From assembly GCF_035594765.1 (NCBI RefSeq), contig NC_085842.1, positions 61,108,782 to 61,172,781 of the forward strand: a stretch of 64,000 bases of DNA, written 5' to 3'. Origin of the DNA: Anolis carolinensis (Eukaryota). Of the stretch, positions 24,280 through 33,889 are shown in pieces; within the stretch, counting starts at the first letter, position 1, and every line of letters starts with the position of its first letter. The notes under the pieces are model-generated. The model saw only the letters and a list, made by a program, of their open reading frames with translations, was not told where the DNA came from and ran no database searches. The position numbers and the translations under genes were made by a program.

Positions 24280-24695
24280 AAGCTTGGAGTTTGGAGAAAA
24301 GAAGGCTGAGAGGGGACATAATCGCCATGCTTAAATATTTGAAGGGGTGTCACATTGAGGCAGTGGCAACCTTTTTTTGCTGACTGGAGACTAGGACACA
24401 GAGCAATGGATTTAAACAGAAGAAGAAGAGATTCCAGCTGAATATTAGGAAGAACCTCCTGAGCCCGAAAGACATACAACAACCCTGTGATCATGGCCAT
24501 GAAAGCCTTCGACAACACAACCTCCTGAGGGCAAGAGCAGTTCGGAAGTGGAATATGTTGCCTCTTTTGAGATTTTTAAGCAGACGCTGTATGACCATCT
24601 GTTGGGGATGCTAGGATTGTGTGTTCTTGTGTGGCAGGGAGTTGTACTGGATGCCCTTGGAGTCTCTTCCAACATTATGATTCCATGATTCTATG
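24280..24695 (+). mobile_element. Old CR1 3' fragment interrupted by a PLE tip
   Basis: Similar to 13570-13950; ATGATTCCATGATTCTATGA tail. Confidence 0.85.
24464..24518 (+). mobile_element. 55 bp Penelope-like terminal fragment with tail
   Basis: 11 bp TSD AACCTCCTGAG (24453-24463, 24519-24529); sequence matches 2729-2781. Confidence 0.9.
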
Positions 24696-25099
24696 AGGAA
24701 AGTGAGAATAGGAGAGAGAAACTGGGATGTTTTCAAAGCAGTTGAAAAAGTGGGACGGCAGAGGATCAATTGAGACTGTTTCTGCCAAATTGGGACAGTT
24801 GAAGGCCTTGTACCCTGCAGTTATGAGGTAGGATCAGTGTGTATTAGGACAGAGAAAGGTGCAATTTGTGATATTTGTCACGAACCTTCAAACACATCTA
24901 TGAATCAGATCTGTAATTCTATGAAATATGAGTGCTGTCCTGGATGAAAGGTGAAAAGGACCTGTGTTCAATAGGTTTCATTACGTTTAACAACCTGGAC
25001 AGCTCCCTTTAAATTCAGACTAAAACCTGGAATATATTCACCCTCCACCAAGAAGGGAGCCATCTGTCTCCACAGGATGACTAGGAGCTCTCTATGACC

Positions 25100-25232
25100 T
25101 GTTTGAAATTGCATTGTATGGTCAGTGTAGACTCATATAATGCAGTTTAACTTCATTGAACTGCATTATATGAGTCTACACTGATCATATAATGCAATTT
25201 CCAACTAGATTATATGGCAGTGTAGGTGGGGT
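25100..25232. mobile_element. Palindromic MITE (PIF/Harbinger-like), partial
   Basis: Inverted arms CAGTGTAGACTCATATAATGCAGTT / AACTGCATTATATGAGTCTACACTG; related to 36126-36203. Confidence 0.7.
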
Positions 25233-25935
25233 CAATATCATCTTGCCCTTTCTCTGAAACACTATGTAGCATTGTGCTTCAATTGAAGGCACCACTGTAT
25301 TTTGCACTGGCATGTCTTCTTCCTCTGGGTACACTGAAATGTTTTCATTCAGGCTCAACCATTTTTCCCTTCAAAACCACTGAGCATGAGTTCATTTTGT
25401 CTTCTTCTTGCATCATGTCCAAGCAAGCAACTTCTTTGGGATTTTTTTTTTTTGCTGTAAAGGATTTGGCCACACTAACACAGTTTAAGCCAGGTCAGTG
25501 ACTCCACACGGTGCAGTACAAACAAGGTCAGTTATCCATGACTGAGCCACAAAAACAAGGTGATTCTTTTTTTGTTGAAAAAAATACTCTGGTGTGAATT
25601 TTTCAAGTGTGTTCATAATTGGATTTTCCTCAAGGGTTGGGGAGCCATGTGGAAGACTGTTGGGGGGGGGGGGGTGTTTGGGATTATTGCTCCCAGAATA
25701 CCCCATACATACAGCCAGCATGTTGTAGTGGCTTGAATATTGGAGTATGACTCTGGAGAACAGGTTTAAATCCCTGCTCAGTCACGAAACCCACTGGGTG
25801 ACTTTGGGCAAGCCATACACTGCCTGGTCATGCTGAAATGGAGATTCAGGCTGAATTTACACTGCCATATAATCTAGATTATTATCAAAGCAAATAATCC
25901 ACATTATCTGCTTTGAACTGGATCGTAAGAGTGTA

Positions 25936-26158
25936 AAAGTAAAGGTAAACGTTCCCCCTTGACATTAAGTCTAGTCGTGCCCGACTCTGAGGGGTGGTGC
26001 TCATCTCCATTTCTAAGATGAAGAGCCAGCGTTGTCCGTAGACACCTCCAAGATCATGTGGCTGGCATGACTGCATGGAGCGCCATCACCTTCCCGCAGA
26101 AGCAGTACCTATTGATCTACCCACATTTGCATGTTTTCGTACTTCTAGGTTGGCAGAA
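25936..26158 (-). mobile_element. Sauria SINE (5'-truncated) inserted in a palindromic MITE
   Basis: Closely similar to 5930-6150; flanks resemble the CTACACTGCCATATAAT MITE family. Confidence 0.88.
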
Positions 26159-26669
26159 ATGTATGCCATATACAATGCCATATAATTCAATTCAAAGTAG
26201 ATAATCTTGATCCCTGTGAATACCAAAATGCATTAAAGCTCAGGTCTCATTATATAAAACAGTGTAGTAAAATGGTGCTCCTTATACAAAATGGACAAAT
26301 TAAGGTTTGACTTTTGCATTTTCAAGCCCTGGATAGTGGAATCTGTGGATGCAGAATCTGTGGATAAGGAGGGCCTGTTGGAATTCTGTTGGGGAGATTG
26401 GCTCAATGGAGGGAAAGGAAGAAGGAGGCCTCTCAGTACTGGCAGGACGCCCGAGCAGAGCAAAGGAAGCAAGCAGCAGCAGGAAGAACAATCTGTTCTG
26501 CTCCTTGCAAATGAGATGCCCTTTTGCCATCCGCACGCATGCTTGCCTTCCTTTCTTCCAAGTGAAATCGACCTGCATGAAAGGCATTGTCAAGCAGGGT
26601 GAGTTTTCCAAGTCTTTCTTTTTAAAACTGCCATAGTTGAATGCTATGGGATCCCGAGAGGTTTAGATG

Positions 26670-27503
26670 TTGGGTTGCTGGGAGTTTTCCGGGCTGTATG
26701 GCCATGTTCCAAAAGCATTCTCTCCTGACAATTCGCTCACATCTATGGCAGGCATCCTCAGAGGTTGTGAGGTCTGTTGGAAACTAGTCCAGTGGGATTT
26801 ATATATCTGTGGACGGTCCAGGGTGGGAGAAAGAACTCTTGTCTGTTTGAGACAGGAGTGAATGTTTCAATTGGCCACCTTGATTAGAATTGAATAGCCT
26901 TTCAGCTCCAAGGTTTGGCTGCTTCCTGCCTGGGGGAATTCTTTGTTGGGAGGTGTTAGCTGTCCATGATTGATTCATGTCTGAAAGTCCACCGTTTTCT
27001 GAGTGTTGTTCTTTTTTTAGTGTCCTGATTTTAAAGTTTTTTTAAATACCAGTAGCCAGATTTTGTTCCTTTTCATGGTTTCCTCCTTTCTGTTGAAATT
27101 GCCCACATGCTTGTGGATTTCAGTGGCTTCTCTGTGTAGTCTGACATGGTGGTTGTTTGTGTGGTCCAGCATTTCTGTATTCTCAAATAATATGCTATGT
27201 CCAGGTTGGTTCACCAAGTGCTCTGCTATGGCTGATTTATCTGATTGAGTTAGTCAGCAGTGCCTTTCCTGTTCCTAGATTCATGTCTGGCCAATGCTGG
27301 TGCATTTGGTGGTCCCTTTGTAGACTTGCCCACAGTTGCATGGTATACAGTAGACTCCGGCAGAGGTGAGAGGATCCCTCTTGTCCTTTGCTGAACGGAG
27401 CATTTGCTGGGTTTTCTTAGTGGGTCTGTAGGTAGTTTGTAGGTTGTGTTTCTTCATCAGCTTCCCTCTGCGGTCAGTGGTTCCCGTGATGTATGGTAAG
27501 AAC
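26670..27503 (-). mobile_element. Penelope-like element 3' part with GIY-YIG endonuclease remnant
   Basis: Minus-strand peptide ...DPLTSAGVYCIPCNCGQVYKGTT... (~27308-27358) and HSILFENTEMLDH...RLHREATEIHKH...NFNRKEE; degenerate hammerhead at ~26724-26764. Confidence 0.92.
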
Positions 27504-27795
27504 TGAGAACTGGGAAGCCCTGGCCCTTGAGCGCTCTAATTGGAGGTCAGCTGTGACCAGCAGTGCTGCGGAGTTCGAAGAGGCACGAATGGAGGGCTTA
27601 AGGGAGAGACGTGCCAAGAGGAAGGCCTGTCAAGCCAACCTTGACCGGACCGCCTTCCACCTGGAAACCGATGTCCTCACTGCGGGAGAATATGCAGATT
27701 AAGAATTGGTCTCTTCAGCCACCTAAGAACCCACCCTCAAGACTTCACAGATGGAAGACCATCATCTTCGAACTAGGAGGGATCGCCTAAGTAAA
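27502..27795 (+). mobile_element. RTE-clade LINE 3' end with C-terminal C2H2 finger
   Basis: NWEALALERSNWRSAV, then (after a frameshift) CPHCGRICRLRIGLFSHLRTH; short TAAG tail. Confidence 0.85.
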
Positions 27796-27809
27796 GTTTT
27801 TTTAAATGC

Positions 27810-27947
27810 TTTGCTCAATTGCATAGTCATTTCCGATTCTTCGTGACCTCATGGACCAGTCCAAGCCAGAGCTCCCTGTCTGCTGTCGCTACCCCCAGTT
27901 CCTTCAAGGTCAAGCCAGTCACTTCAAGGATACCGTCCATCCATCTA
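27810..27947 (-). mobile_element. BovB-related RTE LINE 3' end
   Basis: Minus-strand peptide RWMDGILEVTGLTLKELGVATADRELW.GLVHEVTK, similar to the BovB ORF C-terminus. Confidence 0.85.
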
Positions 27948-27959
27948 CCAGTAAGTAAG

Positions 27960-28212
27960 GTTTTTTTTTCGTATCAGGAGCAACCGGAGTTGCTTCTGGA
28001 GTGACAGAATTGGCCGTCTGCAAGGACGTTGCCCAGGGGACGCCCAGATGTTTTGATGTTTTTACCATCCTTGTGGGAGGCTTCTCTCATGTCCCCGCAT
28101 GGAGCTGGAGCTGATAGAGGGAGCTCATCTGTACTCTCCCCGGGTGGGATTCGAACCTGGCAGCTTTCAGGTCAGCAGCCCAATCTTCAAGTCACTTAGT
28201 CCACTACACCAT
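27960..28212 (-). mobile_element. tRNA-derived anole-type SINE
   Basis: B-box GGTTCGAATCCC on the minus strand; A-tail read as a T-run at ~27960; inverted copy of 30736-31015. Confidence 0.82.
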
Positions 28213-28338
28213 CTAAGTAAGGTAAGGGATCTTTACTCTTTGCCTTGCAGTAGCAAAATTACACGTTATGAAGTAGCAATGAAATTGGGTTGTTGTATGT
28301 CTTTCGGGCTGTGTGTCCATGTTCCAGAAGTATTCTCT

Positions 28339-28379
28339 CCTGATGTTTCGCCCACATCTATGGCAGGCATCCTCAGAGG
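28339..28379 (-). ncRNA. Minimal type I hammerhead ribozyme motif (PLE-borne)
   Basis: cct-CUGAGGA-u-GCCUGC/GUGGGC (stem II)-GAAA-CA-UC-agg; catalytic core intact; stem III palindrome ACGU changed to ACAU. Confidence 0.7.
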
Positions 28380-28793
28380 TTGTGAGGTATGGATAAACTA
28401 AGTAAGGAAAGGAAAGAATATATATCTGTGGAGAGTCCAGGGTGTGGCAAGAGTCCTTTGTCACTGGGAAGCCAGCATCAATGTTTCAGTTAATCACCCT
28501 AATTAGCATTGGAAAGGTTTTGTCTCTTGCCTGGGGGCATCCTTTGTTCAGTCATTAGCTGTCCTCTGCCCTCAGAGTGTTGGTTCCCATCTACTGTTTT
28601 GATTTTAGAGTTTTTAATACTGGTAGCCAGATTTTGTTCATTTTCATGGTTTCTTCCTTTCTGTTGAAGTTGTCCACATGCTTGTGGATTTCAATGGCTT
28701 CTCTGTGTAGTCTGACATGATAGTTGTTGGAATGGACTCTACACAGATATATATTTCTTTTCTTTCCTTACTTAGTTTATCCATACCTCACAA

Positions 28794-28834
28794 CCTCGGA
28801 GGATGTCTGCCATAGATGTGGGCGAAACGTCAGG
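28794..28834 (+). ncRNA. Hammerhead motif, core-mutated copy
   Basis: cct-CGGAGGA (CUGA changed to CGGA)...GAAACGUC-agg. Confidence 0.55.
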
Positions 28835-29049
28835 AGAGAATACTTCTGGAACATGGCCACACAGCCCGAAAGACATACAACCACCCTGTGATCCCGGCCA
28901 TGAAAGCCTTCGACAAAGCAATGAAATTTATTTTATGCTTGGGGGGTCACCACAACATGAGGAACTGTATTAAGGGGTCGCGACATGAGGGAGGTTGAGA
29001 ACCATTGCTTTCATTGTTGCTCTCTGCCTCGGATTTTTATGATTCCACG

Positions 29050-29300
29050 AGGAGGAGGGGGAGAGAGAGAAAAGGTAGCAGAACCAGCGCATGCGCAGAA
29101 CGCCGCCAAAAGAGCGAGCGCAAGGGTCTGCTCGTGAGCCCGATGCTCCCAATGACGCCAAACCCTTGGCCCCGCCCCGCGCCTGTGCCTGAGCCAATGA
29201 GGAGGCCGCCTTGGGTCGAGCCTCCTCCAAGCCTCCTCCCGCTTCTCCGGCGCTGGCTTCCCCTGGGCTGGTCACGTGACGGGCGAATATAGTACTATGC
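29050..29300 (+). promoter_or_regulatory. KLF15: CpG-island promoter of KLF15
   Basis: Only non-TE CpG-rich stretch in the window; NRF1-type GCGCATGCGC 29087-29096; CCAAT 29149-29153 and 29194-29198; CRE-like TGACGCCA 29153-29160; GC box 29168-29178; E-box GTCACGTGAC 29271-29280. Confidence 0.82.
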
Positions 29301-29520
29301 AAGCGGAGCGAAAGGACACACAGACAGCGCCGCTCGCCCGACACGGGACTCTGGCCGCCCCTCAAGGACAACCTCCCCCCGGGGATATGTGGGGCTTGGG
29401 AAACTTCCTCGCGGCTGCCACTTCGCCGCCTTTTTAATCCCTGCCCACCGGGATCCTTAATTGCTTGATTATTTTTGAGATTGGGGAGCCTTTGCTATTG
29501 ACGGACGCACTCAAGTCCAG
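29300..29520 (+). other. KLF15: KLF15 non-coding exon 1 (start approximate)
   Basis: Strong donor CAG|GTAAGA at 29520/29521 at the end of the CpG island; KLF15 has a non-coding first exon in other vertebrates. Confidence 0.72.
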
Positions 29521-29539
29521 GTAAGAAGCTCCGATCGTG

Positions 29540-29729
29540 GGCATGGGCAAGCTTGGGCCCTCGAGGGGTTTTGGACTGCAACTCCCACCATTCCTCACAG
29601 CCTCAGGCCCCTTCCTTTCCCCCCTCAGCCGCTTAAGCGGCTGAGGGGGGAAAGGAAAGGGCCTGAGGCTGTGAGGAATGGTGGGAGTTGCAGTCCAAAA
29701 CCCCTCGAGGGCCAGAGTTTGCCTATACT
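29540..29729. mobile_element. Palindromic hAT MITE (GGCATGGGCAA-type TIR)
   Basis: 79 bp arms with one mismatch centred on CTTAAG (29634/29635); termini resemble the TSD-flanked element at 52908-53001; no TSD recognisable here. Confidence 0.85.
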
Positions 29730-30171
29730 GCTCTACAACCTAGCTGCCTTGATCCGCTGCTGGAACCAGTTGTGTTCTGAATACCAATGATATTGGCGGG
29801 GAGTAATGGAGGAGAGGAGCTGAGCTTTGGCTCCAAGAAATGCAGGCTGGCCTCTCTCTATGCTTATGTTTACAAGGAGAGAAAAAGAGGGAGCCAATCC
29901 GACTCCCCTTCCCCAACTCTGAAGGACAAGCGGTGCATCTATACACACTGCGGTTTGACACTATTGTAACCCCAAGATCTTCCATGCCCACCTGTCCCTT
30001 GTATTCTGATCTTCTCTTTGATGCTATAATAATAATAATAATAATAATAACAACTATATTTTGTACCTCGCCTCCATCTCCCCGAAGAGATTCACATGGG
30101 GACATGCCTAATCAACATAGTTCAAATATATCAGGAGCCCTCGGTGGCACAGTGGATTATAATACCAGATA

Positions 30172-30494
30172 CAGTAGAGTCTCACTTATCCAACACTCAC
30201 TTATCCAATGTTCTGGACTATCCAACGCATTTTTGTAGTCAATGTTTTCAATACATTGTGACATTTTGGTGCTAAATTCGTAAATACAGTAATTACTACA
30301 TAGCATTACGGTGTATTGAACTACTTTTTCTGTCAAATTTGTTGTATAACATGATGTTTTGGTGCTTAATTTGTAAAATCATAACCTAATTTGATGTTTG
30401 ATAGACTTTTCCTTAATATCTCCTTATTATCCAACATATTCGCTTATCCAACGTTCTGCCGGCCTGTTTACGTTGGATAAGCAAGACTCTACTG
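30172..30494. mobile_element. Tc1/Mariner MITE
   Basis: TIR CAGTAGAGTCTCACTTATCCAAC / GTTGGATAAGCAAGACTCTACTG; TA on both sides. Confidence 0.92.
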
Positions 30495-30554
30495 TAGTAC
30501 TATATAATACCAGATGACACTAAGGAATGCAGGTTTTGCACTCCTGCCATAGGG

Positions 30555-30723
30555 TAAAATTAATGCACTTTGATATCACTTTAACTGCCATGGCTCAGTG
30601 TTATGGGATCATGGGAGTTGCAGTTTGATGAAGCACCAGCACTCTTTGGCAGAGAAGGCTAAACATCGTGTAAGACTACAATTCCCAGGATTCCCTAGTA
30701 CCAAGGGTTGTCAAACTGCATTA
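30555..30723. mobile_element. Palindromic PIF/Harbinger-like MITE (partial)
   Basis: Same family as 34650-34869. Confidence 0.75.
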
Positions 30724-30735
30724 TCTAAGGGCATA

Positions 30736-31015
30736 GGAGCCCTCAGTGGTGCAGTGGGTTAAACCCTTGTGCCGGCAGGATTGATGATTTGAAGGTTATG
30801 TTGCTGACCAGAAGGTTGCCGGTTTGAATCTAACTCAGAGAGAGTGTGGATGAGCTCCCTCTGTCAGCTCCAGCTCCGCGGGGACATGAGGGAAGCCTCC
30901 CACAAGGATGGTAAAATATCAAAACATCCGGGCATCCTCTGGGCAATGTCCTCGCAGACGGCCAATTCTCTCACACCAGAAGTGACTTGCAGTTTCTCAA
31001 GTCGCTCCTGACACG
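30736..31015 (+). mobile_element. tRNA-derived anole-type SINE (full length)
   Basis: Head GGAGCCCCTCAGTGGTGCAGTGG (A-box); degenerate B-box; 3' end TCGCTCCTGACACGA. Confidence 0.85.
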
Positions 31016-31288
31016 AATATATATATAACATACTAAGTACATACATAGTACATAATAAGTACACAGATGGTAACATAAAACAGAAGAAAACAGGAACATT
31101 GTAACAAAATATAAAATAACCATCAACCAACCAATAAACCTGAAATAATTGTTTGTTCCTTTTGGACAGTCATCCAGCTGTCCTTCTGCCTTCACCACAC
31201 CATATGTTAAACTGGCCTGAGTGATCCATAGTCCTCAGTGTCTTTTTCTGCACTAGAGGCTTTTAACGGCCAAAACACATGTAAGTAC

Positions 31289-31866
31289 TGGGTTGCTGGG
31301 AGTTTTTGGGCTGTGTGGCCATGCTCCAGAAACATTCTCTCCCAATGTTTTGCCCACATCTATGGCAGGCATCCTCAGAGGTTGTAAGGTGTTGGGAATA
31401 TAATAAATAAAAGGCCCCTCAACCTCTGAGGATGCCTGCCATAGATGTGGGCAAAACATTGGGAGAGAATGTTTCTGGAACATGGCCATACAGCCCGGAA
31501 AACTCACAACAACCCACTAATAAAACTTTACTTCGATCCTGCCACCATCTCCCCGTAGAGACTCGGGGCGGCTTACAAAGGCACTCCAGGGCACCGGCAA
31601 GTAGGGTTGATATATCTGTGTAATGTCTAAGGTGGGGAAAAAAACTCTTGTTTGCCTGAGGCAAATGTGAATGTTTCAATTGGTCACCTTGATTAGCATT
31701 GAATAGCCTGGCAGCTTCAAAGCCTGGCTGTTTCCTGCCTGGGGGAAATCCTTTATTGTGGGGTGTTAGCTGGCCCTGATTGTTTCATGTCTGGAATTCC
31801 CTTGTCTTTTGAATGTTATTCTTTATTTACTGTCCAGATTTTAGAGGTTTTTTTTCAATATTGGTA
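31289..31866 (-). mobile_element. Penelope-like 3' fragment with an internal inverted copy of its own end
   Basis: 31289-31397 plus ~31598-31866 is colinear with 26670-27055; inverted copy at 31420-31516. Confidence 0.88.
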
Positions 31867-31984
31867 AGTACTTTCCCACTTCCTATCCCCAGGTGGAAGA
31901 TTTGCTGAGCTGTATCTTTCCTCTAATATGTATGGGTGATCCCAGATCTGCTGCCTACCCCCTCCTCATCCTCCTTCTTTTCCA

Positions 31985-32193
31985 GGGTGCATCTAGACTG
32001 TAGAATCAATGAAGTTTGCTATGGCTCAGTGTTATGTAAATTGTGGGATTTGTAGTTTGGTGAGGCACCAGCACTGTTTGTCATAGAAGGATCAAGAGTT
32101 TGTACAACTAAAATTCCCGTGACCCCATAGCATTGAGCCGATGACCGTTAAAGTGGTGCCAAACTGCATTAATCCCACAGTGTGGGTGCACCC
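31985..32193. mobile_element. Palindromic PIF/Harbinger-like MITE
   Basis: Termini GGGTGCATCTAGACTGT / ACAGTGTGGGTGCACCC. Confidence 0.85.
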
Positions 32194-32389
32194 CCCCCCC
32201 CTTTGATTCATAGGCTTCATTCTTTCCAGCAGGTTTTCCTAAGTGTCTCTTGTTTATTTCAAAAGCTTTTCTCCCATCTTTGCCACCCCATGGAGTGTGA
32301 AACACAAACATATGGGAAATGGATGAGCATTGCAGTGGCCAGGATTTGCCCATGGAGTAGGGGGTTGCAACTTGAGATGTGTTTGTACT

Positions 32390-32577
32390 GACACTACTTT
32401 AACTGCCATGGCTCAACACTGTAGAATCATGGGGGTTGTAATTTTACAAGGTCTTTAGCCTTCTTTGCCAAGCGTTTTGGTGCCTCATCAAACTACACAT
32501 CCCAGGATTCCATAGCATTGAGTCATGGCAATTACAGTGGTGTCAAACTGCAATAATTCTACCATGTATATGCACTC
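32390..32577. mobile_element. Palindromic PIF/Harbinger-like MITE (partial)
   Basis: Same family, core in opposite orientation. Confidence 0.8.
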
Positions 32578-32989
32578 TTGAGGTACCTAAGCTAGAGAGC
32601 AGAGGCAGCTGTCGCAGAGAACAGGGAACCTGATGAAACTGACAAAAATTTGAATGGTTAAAGAATCAAATTTTTATGTGGTGTAGTTTGGAGAAAAGAT
32701 CTTGAGTTCAGAAAAGCTTGGGTCTAGTGAAGTCTGTGTTGTTTAGAAACTTGCTGTTTGCCCGTGTTTCTCAGAGCTTTATAGAGAGTCAAAGACTTTC
32801 TAGCAGATAACATTTCTCCATAACACGCTCCCTCTCTCTCGGTCAGCTAGAGACACTGACATGTGAGAAAATCATGGGTTTTTTCCATCACATCTGAGTG
32901 TGGTAGTTTCTAAGCATATGGCAAAAGGGAGACTTTCCATGCGATGTGATGAGCATTAGATTGTACTTTTCTGCCTGCGGAGAAAAGCA

Positions 32990-33197
32990 AATGCTATGGA
33001 ATCTTGGGATTTGTAGTTTAGTGAAGACCCTTTAGCAGAGAAGACTCCAGACCTTGTAAAACTACAACTCCCAGGATTCCATAGCATTGAGCTGTTATTA
33101 TTATTGATTTATTTATATCCCGCTTTTCTCCCATGGGTGGGATTCATGACAGTTAAAGTGGTGTCAAACTGCATTAATTCTGCAGCGTGGAAGCAGC
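32990..33197. mobile_element. Palindromic PIF/Harbinger-like MITE (partial, interrupted by a LINE-tail piece ~33094-33145)
   Basis: Same family. Confidence 0.75.
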
Positions 33198-33699
33198 TGT
33201 AGGTTTGGGGGGAAAGTTTCTAGGAAATCCTGGGAGGTGTAATCCGGAAGAGAGGAAGGATCTATCCCCAAGCACTGGTTTAAATGGATATTTAAAACCA
33301 TGCTGTCTCTTTCTCTTTTCTGACCCCATTGTACATGTTTGAGGAGGGGATGGAGAAAGGCCCCTACTTCTAACAGAAGGTTTTGCTGCAGAGAAAAAAA
33401 AGTAAAGAAGGACGTCTTGGGAAGTTTCTTTTTGGAAGGCAGTGGTGGGGAAAGTAACCTACAGCAGCAACAGGAGGAGGCAGCTGTGTGCTTTGCTCTG
33501 TTATGGCTGTTATGGTAATGTTGGAAGAAGGGAGAGAGAGAGAAATGGTTGCAAGGTTACTATCGGTCATGTTAAACTTCAGAGGCCAAAGGAAGGGAGT
33601 GGAGAAGATACAACTCGGCAAGTTGTAACAGTTGTGCTCAGCCACTTTCTACAATGCCTTGTGAAGTCGAAACACACTTGGTGCATCAAGCATGCAGTC

Positions 33700-33889
33700 T
33701 GACACTACTTTAACTGCCATGGCTCAATGCTATGGGATCCTACAATTTGTAGTGTGGCAAGGCACCAACACTGTTTGGCACAGAAGGCTAAAGACCTTGT
33801 AAAACTACTAACCTCATTATTCTATAGCATTGAGGCATGACAGTTAAAGTGATGTCAAATTATATTAATCCTACGGTCTAGAGTCACCT
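33700..33889. mobile_element. Palindromic PIF/Harbinger-like MITE (partial)
   Basis: Same family. Confidence 0.8.

Larger units (their letters stand above)
28287..28916 (-). mobile_element. Penelope-like insertion with ~153 bp inverted arms and 30 nt tail
   Basis: 12 bp TSD AGCAATGAAATT (28275-28286, 28917-28928); arms 28287-28439 and 28733-28886; spacer encodes HVRLHREAIEIHKHVDNFNRKEE on the minus strand. Confidence 0.93.
28248..29007 (-). mobile_element. SPIN (Space Invader)/URR1-like non-autonomous hAT remnant, split by a PLE insertion
   Basis: 28248-28286 joined to 28929-29007 reads as the reverse complement of the URR1/SPIN_NA end as I recall it (CAGTGGTTCTCAACCT...TTAATACAGTTCCTCATGTTGTGGTGACCCCCAA...GCTACTTCATAAC...AATTTTGCTACTG). 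Confidence 0.8.

Noticed and set aside
1-26600. A second host gene upstream of KLF15
   Set aside because: All recognisable coding signal is TE-derived; small exons of a neighbouring gene cannot be excluded by eye
28970-29371. Pro/Ala/Arg-rich ORFs on both strands
   Set aside because: Expected from the lack of stop codons in a CpG island
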